Positions 1-8,024 of a stretch of DNA of 64,000 nucleotides are shown piece by piece. A program made the translations under genes and the position numbers. The notes beneath the pieces are model-generated. The model did no database searches. It was given only the letters and a program-made list of their open reading frames with translations, and was not told the DNA's origin. Position 1 is the stretch's first letter. The number at the start of each line of letters is the position of its first letter. The stretch is from Acidobacteriota bacterium (lineage in GTDB: Bacteria > Acidobacteriota > Terriglobia > 20CM-2-55-15), in NCBI GenBank assembly GCA_003223875.1, contig QHWY01000081.1, positions 35,388 to 99,387 on the forward strand, given 5' to 3'.

Positions 1-125
1 CCGATAAGCAGATTCGCTGCATTCGGTTATTTCAGGATCCGTCGGGTTGGACGCCGTGGTACACCGATAGCGCGGTCGATGAGAATTTCGAACCCGTCTG
101 CCTCGGGCGCGCCTTTATCGCCTGA
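1..125 (+). CDS. mtnD: acireductone dioxygenase (ARD/MtnD-like cupin), C-terminal fragment; 5' end lies outside the window
   Basis: Open frame from the window edge to TGA at 123-125, overlapping the next ATG (TGATG). The tail ...IRCIRLFQDPSGWTPWY... resembles the ARD C-terminal motif (..AIRLF..P.GW..). It sits directly upstream of mtnC. Confidence 0.5.
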   Translation, partial: DKQIRCIRLFQDPSGWTPWYTDSAVDENFEPVCLGRAFIA

Positions 126-814
126 TGAGCGTAATGCCGGTACGAGGCATTCTGCTCGACATCGAAGGTACGACAACACCGATTGCATTTGTCTATGATG
201 TCTTGTTTCCATTCGCCCGCCGCCGGGCTGTGGAATACGTAAAAGACGCGGACCTGACGGAACTGAAGCGTGAGCACGAGCAGGACGTTGTCGCTGGTAC
301 GAATCCACCACCCTGGTCCGCCGGACCCGTCCAATACATTCATTGGTTGATGGACAAAGATCGCAAATCAACCGCGCTGAAGAATATCCAAGGCAAGATC
401 TGGCTCGAGGGTTATGAAAGCGGTGAGCTACGCGGCGAAGTCTTTCCGGATGTCGCACCGGCGCTCGAGCGGTGGCGCCAAAGTCACATTGATGTCCGCA
501 TTTTTTCCTCGGGAAGTGTGCTGGCCCAGCGCCTGCTTTTCTCCACCACCACTGCAGGCGACCTCACCAAATACATCAAGGGGTATTTCGATACGACCAC
601 AGGACCGAAGGGCGATCCTTCAAGCTATAGAACCATTGCGGATGCGTTTCATATTCCGGCGGGGGACATCTTATTCATCTCGGATGTCAGTCGCGAACTC
701 GATGCCGCCCGCAGCGCAGGCATGCAGACTCTGTTGTGCGTCCGGCCTGGAAATCATCCACAACCGGCGAATACTCACGACACCATTACGAGCTTCGATA
801 ACGTGGTTGTTTGA
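125..814 (+). CDS. mtnC: enolase-phosphatase E1 (HAD family, methionine salvage)
   Basis: N-terminal LLDIEGTTTPIAFV hallmark of the E1 enolase-phosphatase HAD motif I. 229 aa, typical length and context. Confidence 0.85.
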   Translation: MSVMPVRGILLDIEGTTTPIAFVYDVLFPFARRRAVEYVKDADLTELKREHEQDVVAGTNPPPWSAGPVQYIHWLMDKDRKSTALKNIQGKIWLEGYESGELRGEVFPDVAPALERWRQSHIDVRIFSSGSVLAQRLLFSTTTAGDLTKYIKGYFDTTTGPKGDPSSYRTIADAFHIPAGDILFISDVSRELDAARSAGMQTLLCVRPGNHPQPANTHDTITSFDNVVV

Positions 815-816
815 AT

Positions 817-970
817 TCCCCTCCTCGCAGAGGAGGGGAGGCTGCGCCGACAGCCAGCAGGCTGTCGGCGCAGACGGGGTGGTCAGACTGGAGCCAATTG
901 TTTCGCCGAACTGACCACCCCGGCGCGTCAGTCTGCGACTGTCGCGCCACCCCTCCTCTGCGAGGAGGGG
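817..970. repeat. family A palindromic element (MITE/REP-like), copy A1
   Basis: Termini TTCCCCTCCTCGCAGAGGAGGGG ... CCCCTCCTCTGCGAGGAGGGGAA, with internal hairpins. Related copies at 7775-7888 and 20643-20755. Flanked on both sides by AATTC. Confidence 0.7.
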
Positions 971-983
971 AATTCAACACCCG

Positions 984-1532
984 TCATTTAGTCCCGAACC
1001 CTGCGATCACAGCGATTTCGATATCGATGTTCTCATCTCTCTGAACGTCCGCCAAGCGCGCACGGAGCTGATTGATGTTGGTTCGGAGGGGTACGGCAAG
1101 CCTAGCTTCGAGCTGAAAGAGCGGTGTGCCGCTCATCGGCGCGAAATATGTCTTGGTCTCCATCGATTCAATGTTGACGGCCAGTTCGCGAAGCACACCG
1201 CTGATCTTGTGAACAATCCCTGGATGATCCATGCAGGCAGCAGTCAACGTACATGGGATAAAAGCTTCTGTCGTTTTTCTGGGCGAAGGCGCTTTAACGG
1301 CGATCGACAGGCCCGTTTCCGATTCGATTTCGCGGTAGTCGCGCGCAACCTTGGTCAGCTGGCCGGCTTCGCCGGTAATCAAAATGATGACGGCGAACTC
1401 ACCGCAAAACGCGGCCATCTTGCTATCTTCGATGTTGCAACCGTGGCGTGAGAGGAACTCCGACAGCTTCTCGACCAGGCCAACGCGATCGGGCCCGATA
1501 GCGGTCAAGATCAAGTGATCCTTTTCTGGCAT
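984..1532 (-). CDS. tandem ACT-domain protein (GcvR/UPF0237-like)
   Basis: Likely start at the internal Met (MPEKDHLILTAIGPDRVGLVEKLSEFL...). Two ACT-like halves (..LTAIGPDRVGLV.., ..LTAACMDHPGIVHKISGVL..). The longer listed ORF has an N-extension running into the repeat region, so it is probably not translated. Confidence 0.5.
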   Translation of the reverse strand: MPEKDHLILTAIGPDRVGLVEKLSEFLSRHGCNIEDSKMAAFCGEFAVIILITGEAGQLTKVARDYREIESETGLSIAVKAPSPRKTTEAFIPCTLTAACMDHPGIVHKISGVLRELAVNIESMETKTYFAPMSGTPLFQLEARLAVPLRTNINQLRARLADVQRDENIDIEIAVIAGFGTK

Positions 1533-1596
1533 GGATGAAGGATTGTAACACTGTGCGCCGTGGTGTAGAGTTGCTCCATCTTCTAAGGGGGCTTCC

Positions 1597-2664
1597 ATGA
1601 ATCGAACATCCAAATTGGGTTTGCTGGCGGTGCTTGTGCTTGCCACGGTTCCTCTCTTCGCGCAGCAAAATGTGCCGCCTCGAGCAAAGGCATTCGAGAC
1701 GGCGCCTGAGATACCGTACGACTCGGTGCCGAATTTTCTGAAACTGCCGCAGAACTTGTATCTGGGCGAAGGCATCGGTGTGGCGCGAAATTCGAAGGGC
1801 CACGTTTTCGTATTCACCCGGAGCGGCGAAACCCGCCTGTTCGAGTTCGATCAGAATGGAAATTACGTGCGCGAGATCGGCCAGGGCTTATATGGCTTCG
1901 AGATGGCGCACGGCGTACGCGTCGATTCGCAGGACAACATTTGGGCGGTGGACGAAGGAACCAACATGGTCATCAAGTTCAGTCCGGAAGGGCGCGTGCT
2001 GATGACGATGGGTCGAAGAGAAGAAGCCGTTGAAGGTGTGCGCGCCACCCCGGCGCCTGGAACCCCGCCACCTTCGGCGCAACCTTATCGGTTCAACCGG
2101 CCGACCGATGTTACTTGGGATCCCGCTGGAAACATCTACATCTCGGATGGATACGGCAATTCGCGGGTGGCGAAATACGACAAGAACGGCCGTTTCATCA
2201 AAGAGGTCGGCACGCGCGGCACGCAACCCGGTCAAATGAACACCCCCCACTCGATCACGTCGGACGCCAAGGGAAATATCTACGTGGCGGACCGAGGAAA
2301 CAGGCGCATTCAAGTGTTCGACAGCGATCTGAACCTCGTGAAAATCTACGATAATGTCGGTGCACCGTGGGCCGTGTGCATCAGTCCTGGCCCGCATCAA
2401 TATCTCTATAGTTCCAATTCCAATCCCGACAATAATGACTCACGCCTGATGGCCGTCAGCGGCGAGGTTTACAAGATGGAACTCGATGGCACGATCGTCG
2501 GCAAGTTCGGCAAGCCCGGAAAACAACTCGGCGAATTCAGCACGATCCATGCAATCGATTGCCGGAATGAAAACGAACTCGTCGTTGCCGAAATCACGGC
2601 CTGGCGCATACAAAAGCTCGTGCTGAAACCGCAGCGCGTACAAACGTCGTCGAGAGCAAAGTGA
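1597..2664 (+). CDS. secreted NHL-repeat six-bladed beta-propeller protein
   Basis: Signal peptide MNRTSKLGLLAVLVLATVPLFAQQ. Repeated ..GNIYISDGYGNSRVAKYD.. / ..GNIYVADRGNRRIQVFD.. NHL-type blades. Confidence 0.7.
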   Translation: MNRTSKLGLLAVLVLATVPLFAQQNVPPRAKAFETAPEIPYDSVPNFLKLPQNLYLGEGIGVARNSKGHVFVFTRSGETRLFEFDQNGNYVREIGQGLYGFEMAHGVRVDSQDNIWAVDEGTNMVIKFSPEGRVLMTMGRREEAVEGVRATPAPGTPPPSAQPYRFNRPTDVTWDPAGNIYISDGYGNSRVAKYDKNGRFIKEVGTRGTQPGQMNTPHSITSDAKGNIYVADRGNRRIQVFDSDLNLVKIYDNVGAPWAVCISPGPHQYLYSSNSNPDNNDSRLMAVSGEVYKMELDGTIVGKFGKPGKQLGEFSTIHAIDCRNENELVVAEITAWRIQKLVLKPQRVQTSSRAK

Positions 2665-3767
2665 GAGCGGAGGAAATCATGAAGCGTGGTTCAATTGTTT
2701 TATTTGTCATCTTCATGCTGCGATTCGCGGGCCCGGCGTTCGCACAAAGCGTTCCGGAAATTCCTTTCGACTCCGCGCCCAATTTCCTCAAGCTCCCGGA
2801 CGGCTTATATCTCGGTGAAGCTGCCGGCGTGGCAACTAATTCCAAGGGACACGTGTTCGTCTACACGCGAACCGGCTCTCCAAGAGTGACGATCGGAACG
2901 AATCGAACGTTCGCACGCACCTCGGCGCGCTTGTTCGAATTCGACCAAACCGGCAAGTACGTGCGCGAGATTGGCCAGGGTCTATACGGATTTGTTTTCG
3001 CGCATGGTGTCCGCGTCGACCGGCAGGACAACATTTGGGTCATCGATGAGGGAGCGAACATGGTGATCAAGTTCGATCCCGATGGACGTGTACTCATGAC
3101 GCTGGGCCGGAAACCCGAAGCGTTGGTTGTTCCGGCGCCATCCGGCGGCGGAGGAGAGGGAGGACGTGGCGAAGGCGGACGCGGAGGTCGCGGTGGACCG
3201 CCAGGCGCGGGCATTCCGGGCGACAACTTCAACCGGCCGACGGATGTTGCGTGGGATTCCGCCGGAAATATCTTCGTTGCCGACGGCTATGGCAACTCCC
3301 GCGTCGCGAAGTTTGACAAGAACGGAAAGTTCATCAAGTCATGGGGCCAGAGAGGGACGGAGCCGGGACAGTTCAACCTGCCGCACACGATTGCCGTCGA
3401 TGCGCAAAACAACGTGTATGTGGGCGACCGGGAAAACAAGCGTATTCAAGTATTCGATGCCGACGGCAACTTCAAGACGCAGATCAGCAATGCCGGTACC
3501 CCGTATGCAATCTGCATTACACCCGGTCCGCGGCAATTCCTCTACACCTCGAACTCGAATCCCAGTACGACGCTGGACAATGGGGAAATTTACAAGCTGA
3601 CGCTCGATGGAAAGGTGGTCGGTAAATTCGGCAGAGCGGGAAAGCTCCTCAAAGAGTTCGGCACCGTCCATGCCATGGATTGCCACGGCGAGAATGAAAT
3701 CTACGTCGCCGAAACGGTGAACTGGAGAGTGCAGAAGCTCACGCTGCGGCCTGCGCAATCGAACTGA
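2661..3767 (+). CDS. secreted NHL-repeat beta-propeller protein, tandem paralog with a Gly/Arg-rich insert
   Basis: Signal peptide, collinear similarity to the upstream gene, 4-nt overlap. Insert PSGGGGEGGRGEGGRGGRGGPPGAGIPG. Confidence 0.7.
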   Translation: MRAEEIMKRGSIVLFVIFMLRFAGPAFAQSVPEIPFDSAPNFLKLPDGLYLGEAAGVATNSKGHVFVYTRTGSPRVTIGTNRTFARTSARLFEFDQTGKYVREIGQGLYGFVFAHGVRVDRQDNIWVIDEGANMVIKFDPDGRVLMTLGRKPEALVVPAPSGGGGEGGRGEGGRGGRGGPPGAGIPGDNFNRPTDVAWDSAGNIFVADGYGNSRVAKFDKNGKFIKSWGQRGTEPGQFNLPHTIAVDAQNNVYVGDRENKRIQVFDADGNFKTQISNAGTPYAICITPGPRQFLYTSNSNPSTTLDNGEIYKLTLDGKVVGKFGRAGKLLKEFGTVHAMDCHGENEIYVAETVNWRVQKLTLRPAQSN

Positions 3768-3771
3768 TGGA

Positions 3772-3836
3772 AAGGGAGAGGGGCGCGCACCTGAATTCCC
3801 GAATTAATTCGGGAATTCAGGTGCGCGCCCCTCTCT
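3772..3836. repeat. family C long perfect palindrome (EcoRI-site containing) between convergent genes; putative bidirectional terminator
   Basis: GGAGAGGGGCGCGCACCTGAATTCCCGAATTAATTCGGGAATTCAGGTGCGCGCCCCTCTC. A related copy is at about 47692-47735. Confidence 0.6.
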
Positions 3837-4158
3837 ATGCTTTATCGATCTTAGCGGCCAGGATGAAATCGCTTTCGGTGAGGCCGTCGATCTTGTGGGT
3901 CCAGATTTTCACTCCGACCTTACCCCACGCCAAGTAAATGTCCGGATGATGTCCCTGCTCTTCCGCGATGGCACCGACTTTGTTCGTAAAATCCAGAGCT
4001 GTTTTGAAATCGGGAAACTTGAACTCTTTCTCGATGTGGTGATTGTTGATGACGTGCCAGTTCTCGACCTGAGCAGCTAACGGCTTGATTTGCTCTGACG
4101 TCAAAGGCGGCACTCCGCCTCGACACGGAACGCAGGTCTTCTCCGCAAGTCCAGCCAT
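3835..4158 (-). CDS. pterin-4a-carbinolamine dehydratase (PCD/DCoH)
   Basis: ..EEQGHHPDIYLAWGKVGVKIWTHKIDGLTESDFILAAKID.. is the PCD signature. Start chosen at MAGLAEK with a GGAGGA RBS 7 nt upstream. The listed longer ORF has an N-extension. Confidence 0.8.
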   Translation of the reverse strand: MAGLAEKTCVPCRGGVPPLTSEQIKPLAAQVENWHVINNHHIEKEFKFPDFKTALDFTNKVGAIAEEQGHHPDIYLAWGKVGVKIWTHKIDGLTESDFILAAKIDKA

Positions 4159-4392
4159 AGAATTCCTCCTCGACAAGCTGTAACCAGCTTGTCCGCAGTC
4201 TGCCATCCATGGCATGCGCCAAACCATCCATGGGGCGCAAAGACCCTTCACCTTGTTTTCATAGAACTTTTGGCACTACCGAATCTCAGCTTATTATAAT
4301 GTCCCGCATGACAGTGCTTGCTCGGATGCGCTGGAGCGACATCTGCAGGCGTTCAGAGAGGTCTGTCTGCCATCGCTCGTACTCCGCCTTCG

Positions 4393-4503
4393 TCACCAGT
4401 GGATGCGCGGCAGTTCCCTGCGGTCCGGCCGGGCGCGAGACCACCCTGCCACGATCATGCCAAGCAGAACCACAACTGAAGCAACTGCGATCACCGTTCG
4501 CAT
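4393..4503 (-). CDS. 36-aa hydrophobic small peptide (MRTVIAVASVVVLLGMIVAGWSRARPDRRELPRIHW)
   Basis: ATG preceded by a strong GGAGGA RBS. One predicted TM segment. Not in the ORF track (<60 aa). Confidence 0.2.
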   Translation of the reverse strand: MRTVIAVASVVVLLGMIVAGWSRARPDRRELPRIHW

Positions 4504-4551
4504 GATTCCTCCTTGCAGATTTGAGAAGATCGTGCACAGTATATCCTCCAC

Positions 4552-5340
4552 ATGATGCTGAAAAACAAAATCGCTTTGGTGACCGGCGGAAGTCAGGGCA
4601 TTGGGAAGGCAATTTCGGAGAAGCTGTGTGCAGCGGGCGCGGCCGTCGCCATCGCGGCGCTGGATGATGAAGCACTAAAGCGTGCCTCGGCGGAGTTTCA
4701 GTCGCGAGGGTTGAAGTTCAAAGCCTACGGTGTAGACCTCTGCGACGATGCTCAACTGGATTCGCTCGTGAAGTCCATTGTCCGGGACCTCGGGCCGGTG
4801 GATATTCTCATCAACAACGCCGGAATTACCGGACCGACCGGCCGCGCTGACGAGATCGCGATCAGCGATTGGGACAAGACGCTGCGGATCGATCTCCGTG
4901 CGCCGTTCTTATTGAGCCGGGCCGTGATTCCTTCGATGATCGAGAGAAAGACCGGGAGAATCATCAATATCTCTTCCATCGCAGGAAAGATGGCGTATCC
5001 GCTCCGGTCCCCGTATGCCGCTTCAAAGTGGGGCCTGGTTGGACTGACTCTGACGCTGGCTCAGGAACTCGGCCCATACAACATTCGCGTCAACGTCATC
5101 TGCCCCGGACCGACGCGTACCGAGATGATCGATTCTGCCATCCGCGCTCGCGCTGCAGCCGCCGGCGTCGAGGTGGAAGTCATGGCTCAGGAATATGTCC
5201 GCGCTACCGCGTTAAAGAGGATGGTCCTTCCCGAAGAGGTCGCCGGTCTGGCGCTATTCCTCTGCTCGCCTGAATCCGATGCGATCACCGGACAGGCGAT
5301 CGACGTCAGCGCCGGCTATGGGTTCAGGATTGGGAATTAA
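4552..5340 (+). CDS. short-chain dehydrogenase/reductase (SDR, FabG-like)
   Basis: TGGSQGIGKA Rossmann motif, NNAG, and a catalytic Y..K (YAASK). Confidence 0.85.
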   Translation: MMLKNKIALVTGGSQGIGKAISEKLCAAGAAVAIAALDDEALKRASAEFQSRGLKFKAYGVDLCDDAQLDSLVKSIVRDLGPVDILINNAGITGPTGRADEIAISDWDKTLRIDLRAPFLLSRAVIPSMIERKTGRIINISSIAGKMAYPLRSPYAASKWGLVGLTLTLAQELGPYNIRVNVICPGPTRTEMIDSAIRARAAAAGVEVEVMAQEYVRATALKRMVLPEEVAGLALFLCSPESDAITGQAIDVSAGYGFRIGN

Positions 5341-5463
5341 CAAATGACTGATGAACAACACCTTGAAGATGGTCCTGCTAGCAGGGGAGGGGGAATGCGT
5401 TCTACACGATCACGCCAGCCGGGCCGAGCTTTTCCTTCCAGACGCCACAGCCGCCCCGCTTCT

Positions 5464-6294
5464 TTACAGCATTTCGAGCGGTTCGTCCTTGCCAGCCGGT
5501 GGAAACGTGTCGTCGATGAGCTTCAAGTCCTCGTCGTTTAATTTCCATCCGGTCCCTCCGGCATTCTCGCGGACATGTTCGGCTTTGCTCGCCTTACAAA
5601 TCGCGAACAAGCTGTTGCGGCGAGTGAGAAAATTCAGCGCGACTTGATGCGGCGTCTTTCCGTGACGATCCGCGATCGTTTGGAGCGCTTTTCCCTGTTT
5701 GCTTCCCGGCGAAGGAAAATCGCCTTGATCGAACGGCGAATAGCCGACTACCGCAATGTTTTGCGATTCGCAGAACGGCAGGACATGATTCTCGACTGCA
5801 CGGGAGCGCAAGTGGTAGATCACCTGGTTGCAGGTAATCTTTTCGCGCGTCAGCGCCTTCTGCGCCTGTTTCAGTCGATCGACCTCGAAATTACTGACGC
5901 CGATGTAACGGACTTTTCCCGCTGCCACGAGCTCTTCCATGGCGCGCATCGTTTCTTCGATCGGATGGGAGCCGCTCCACCAATGAAGAAGGTACACGTC
6001 GAGGGATTCGGTCCTCAGACGCTTCAGACTGGCATCGCATGCGCGAAGCGTGCCTTTGTAGGAAGCGTTTGAGGGAAGAACTTTGCTTACCAGGAAAATC
6101 CTGTTTCGAATCCCCCGGATCGCTTCGGCGATGATTTCTTCCGAACCCGTGTACATCTCCGCGGTATCGAGATGCGTCATGCCGAGCTCGATTCCGGTCC
6201 GTAGCGCCTCCAGGCCATCTCGTCCCAACTGCCAAGTTCCTTGCCCGATAACAGGAACTTGTACACCTGTGGCGCCGAATTCGCGTCCGACCAT
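5464..6294 (-). CDS. aldo/keto reductase
   Basis: GQGTWQLG, ..DTAEMYTGSEE.., ..IGVSNF.. are AKR family signatures. Confidence 0.85.
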   Translation of the reverse strand: MVGREFGATGVQVPVIGQGTWQLGRDGLEALRTGIELGMTHLDTAEMYTGSEEIIAEAIRGIRNRIFLVSKVLPSNASYKGTLRACDASLKRLRTESLDVYLLHWWSGSHPIEETMRAMEELVAAGKVRYIGVSNFEVDRLKQAQKALTREKITCNQVIYHLRSRAVENHVLPFCESQNIAVVGYSPFDQGDFPSPGSKQGKALQTIADRHGKTPHQVALNFLTRRNSLFAICKASKAEHVRENAGGTGWKLNDEDLKLIDDTFPPAGKDEPLEML

Positions 6295-6297
6295 AGA

Positions 6298-6981
6298 TCA
6301 AGGTATAGGGATTGGCGACGGGGTCAGACGTGTAAATGATTTTCCATCGGACTGGAACATTTGGACGGTTCGCAGCCGAGTGGGTATGGTAACCGTCGGA
6401 GTTACGCCCGTTGGGCCAAGAATGAAGGGAAAGGCGGTCGTATCGACAAATGCAATAGTGTCGGGGGCAACATCGTCTCCGACCGCCGATACTTTCACTT
6501 CAGCCTGTAATGGCACAGCCTCAGATGGCAGACTCGGAAACAGCGGTCCCAAGGCCACCAGGGACCGAGTCGTCAGCCAAGGCTGGGCCGGTTGGGCCGG
6601 TTGGGCCGACGTCGTAAGCGTTGGGTAATCGGTAATGACCGCATACACCGCATACCGTCCGACCCCGACCAGCTGGAGTGTCCCATTAAATTGCGCCGTG
6701 CTTTTCGTTTTTGCATCGCTTTCAATGACCGTCACACGCGTTGTCCTGGTCGGTGAAGGCCGAATGCCATTCGCGAGGGGTAATGGATACTCGTAAGTCA
6801 CATCCAGGATCCATACTCTCCCACTATGATCGATCACTGAATTGCTAAAGCCGTAGGGTATCGGCGCGATTGTGGGTATTGCTGCCGGAATTGCCTCAAC
6901 AACGGGACCCGGATCGTGCACCTGGGCCGCCGCCGTGTTCGCCGCAACGAAAAGAATCAAACATGCATAAAACGACCGCAT
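6298..6981 (-). CDS. secreted hypothetical protein (AQP tripeptide repeats)
   Basis: Signal peptide MRSFYACLILFVAANTAAAQ. AQPAQPAQPW repeat. No recognisable domain. Confidence 0.4.
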   Translation of the reverse strand: MRSFYACLILFVAANTAAAQVHDPGPVVEAIPAAIPTIAPIPYGFSNSVIDHSGRVWILDVTYEYPLPLANGIRPSPTRTTRVTVIESDAKTKSTAQFNGTLQLVGVGRYAVYAVITDYPTLTTSAQPAQPAQPWLTTRSLVALGPLFPSLPSEAVPLQAEVKVSAVGDDVAPDTIAFVDTTAFPFILGPTGVTPTVTIPTRLRTVQMFQSDGKSFTRLTPSPIPIP

Positions 6982-7141
6982 AGAACCTCCTGACATACCG
7001 GCATGTTAACGTGGGGACGTGCCGGACCGCAAAAATTGGGAGAACATCCCGTAGCTGCGCAGATCACGGGAGTTGTGCTAGTGCTCGTTGGCGTATTCAT
7101 CGTCCGCTCACAAAAACCCATCGCGATTCCCGACGACTAGT

Positions 7142-7758
7142 TTATTTTGGTTTGCCGAACCGCAAGACTAGGCCCACTGATGCGCGGTAGTTGTTCTGGC
7201 CGACTCCAGGAGCATTGGTCCGCAGATAATCCAATTGCAGAACGCGCATATCTGCGTTGGGTTTGAGGGGCCAATCCAGACCGCCTCCAATGGCCATCGC
7301 AAATGAGAAATCCGAAGCGTGGGGGCCGGGAGGTCCAACGGTCGCGCCGGTGTGGGCTCCCCCGAAGAGAATATGTGCAAACGGCACAGACGCGGATATG
7401 AGCCGTGCCGGTGCGGCATTCCCACCAGCTTTTGGAAAGGTGAACCGCGGGCCATACAAGATCGAGTAAATATGGTCTCGAGTCGTAACCCTCCCAATTG
7501 TTGGCGATTTGTAATAGCCGCTGATATCCAGCGTTCCTCCAAACCGCCGGTTCACGTTCTCCGTCACGGAGAAGTCCCAACCATTCATGTTCATATAGTG
7601 ATGCCGCGCCATGTAAATGAGGGGCGTCGGCCTTGAAATGAAATACTCCCGAACGTCAGCCCTTAACCGCCGAAGACTTCCCACGGGACCACTTCCTGAG
7701 CGAGACATGCCGTTCGAAACAATGTCAACAGCAAGAATGTGTATAGGACTCGCTTCAT
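7142..7758 (-). pseudogene. outer-membrane beta-barrel protein (OmpA-like/opacity-type 8-strand barrel), apparently frameshifted near the 5' end
   Basis: Signal peptide MKRVLYTFLLLTLFRTACLAQEVVPWEVFGG is in one frame and stops at TAA. The barrel body (..GWDFSVTENVNRRFGGTLDISGYYKS.. ..LRFGKPK) continues in the +1 frame. Ends with the aromatic C-terminal strand typical of OMPs. Confidence 0.45.
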
Positions 7759-7774
7759 GCGCTAGCGGGGCCAT

Positions 7775-7888
7775 TCCCCTCCTCGCAGAGGAGGGGTGGC
7801 TGCGCCGAGCGCAGCGAAGGCGCGGACGGGGTGGTCAGAACGGCGAAACGTTTCGCCGAACTGTCCACCCCTCCTCTGCAAGGAGGGG
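7775..7888. repeat. family A palindromic element, copy A2
   Basis: TTCCCCTCCTCGCAGAGGAGGGG ... CCCCTCCTCTGCAAGGAGGGG. Same architecture as A1. Confidence 0.7.
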
Positions 7889-7994
7889 CTTTGCACAAAA
7901 AATCCTGGGCGGTCATAGACCGCCCCTACAGCTTGGGGTGCGCAACTGTAGGGGCGCTCTATGAGCGCCCGCGATGTATTTTTTGTGCAAAGCC
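7889..7994. mobile_element. family B MITE-like element (TIR CTTTGCACAAAAAA / TTTTTTGTGCAAAG), copy B1, inserted into the end of A2
   Basis: Flanked by direct duplication of GCAAGGAGGGG (the A2 terminus is repeated after the element). Internal hairpins GGCGGTCATAGACCGCC and GGGGCGCTCTATGAGCGCCC. Confidence 0.65.
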
Positions 7995-8024
7995 GCAAGG
8001 AGGGGAATATTGCGGTTCCAAAAC

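Noticed and set aside
414-914. 166-aa ORF overlapping mtnC in another frame and running into repeat A1
   Set aside because: Out-of-frame overlap with a well-supported HAD enzyme gene. Pro/Arg/Ser-rich product.
817-970. Family A elements as tRNA or riboswitch-like structured RNAs
   Set aside because: Symmetry is that of DNA palindromes/TIRs rather than an RNA cloverleaf, and no anticodon-arm geometry. They fit REP/MITE-type repeats better.
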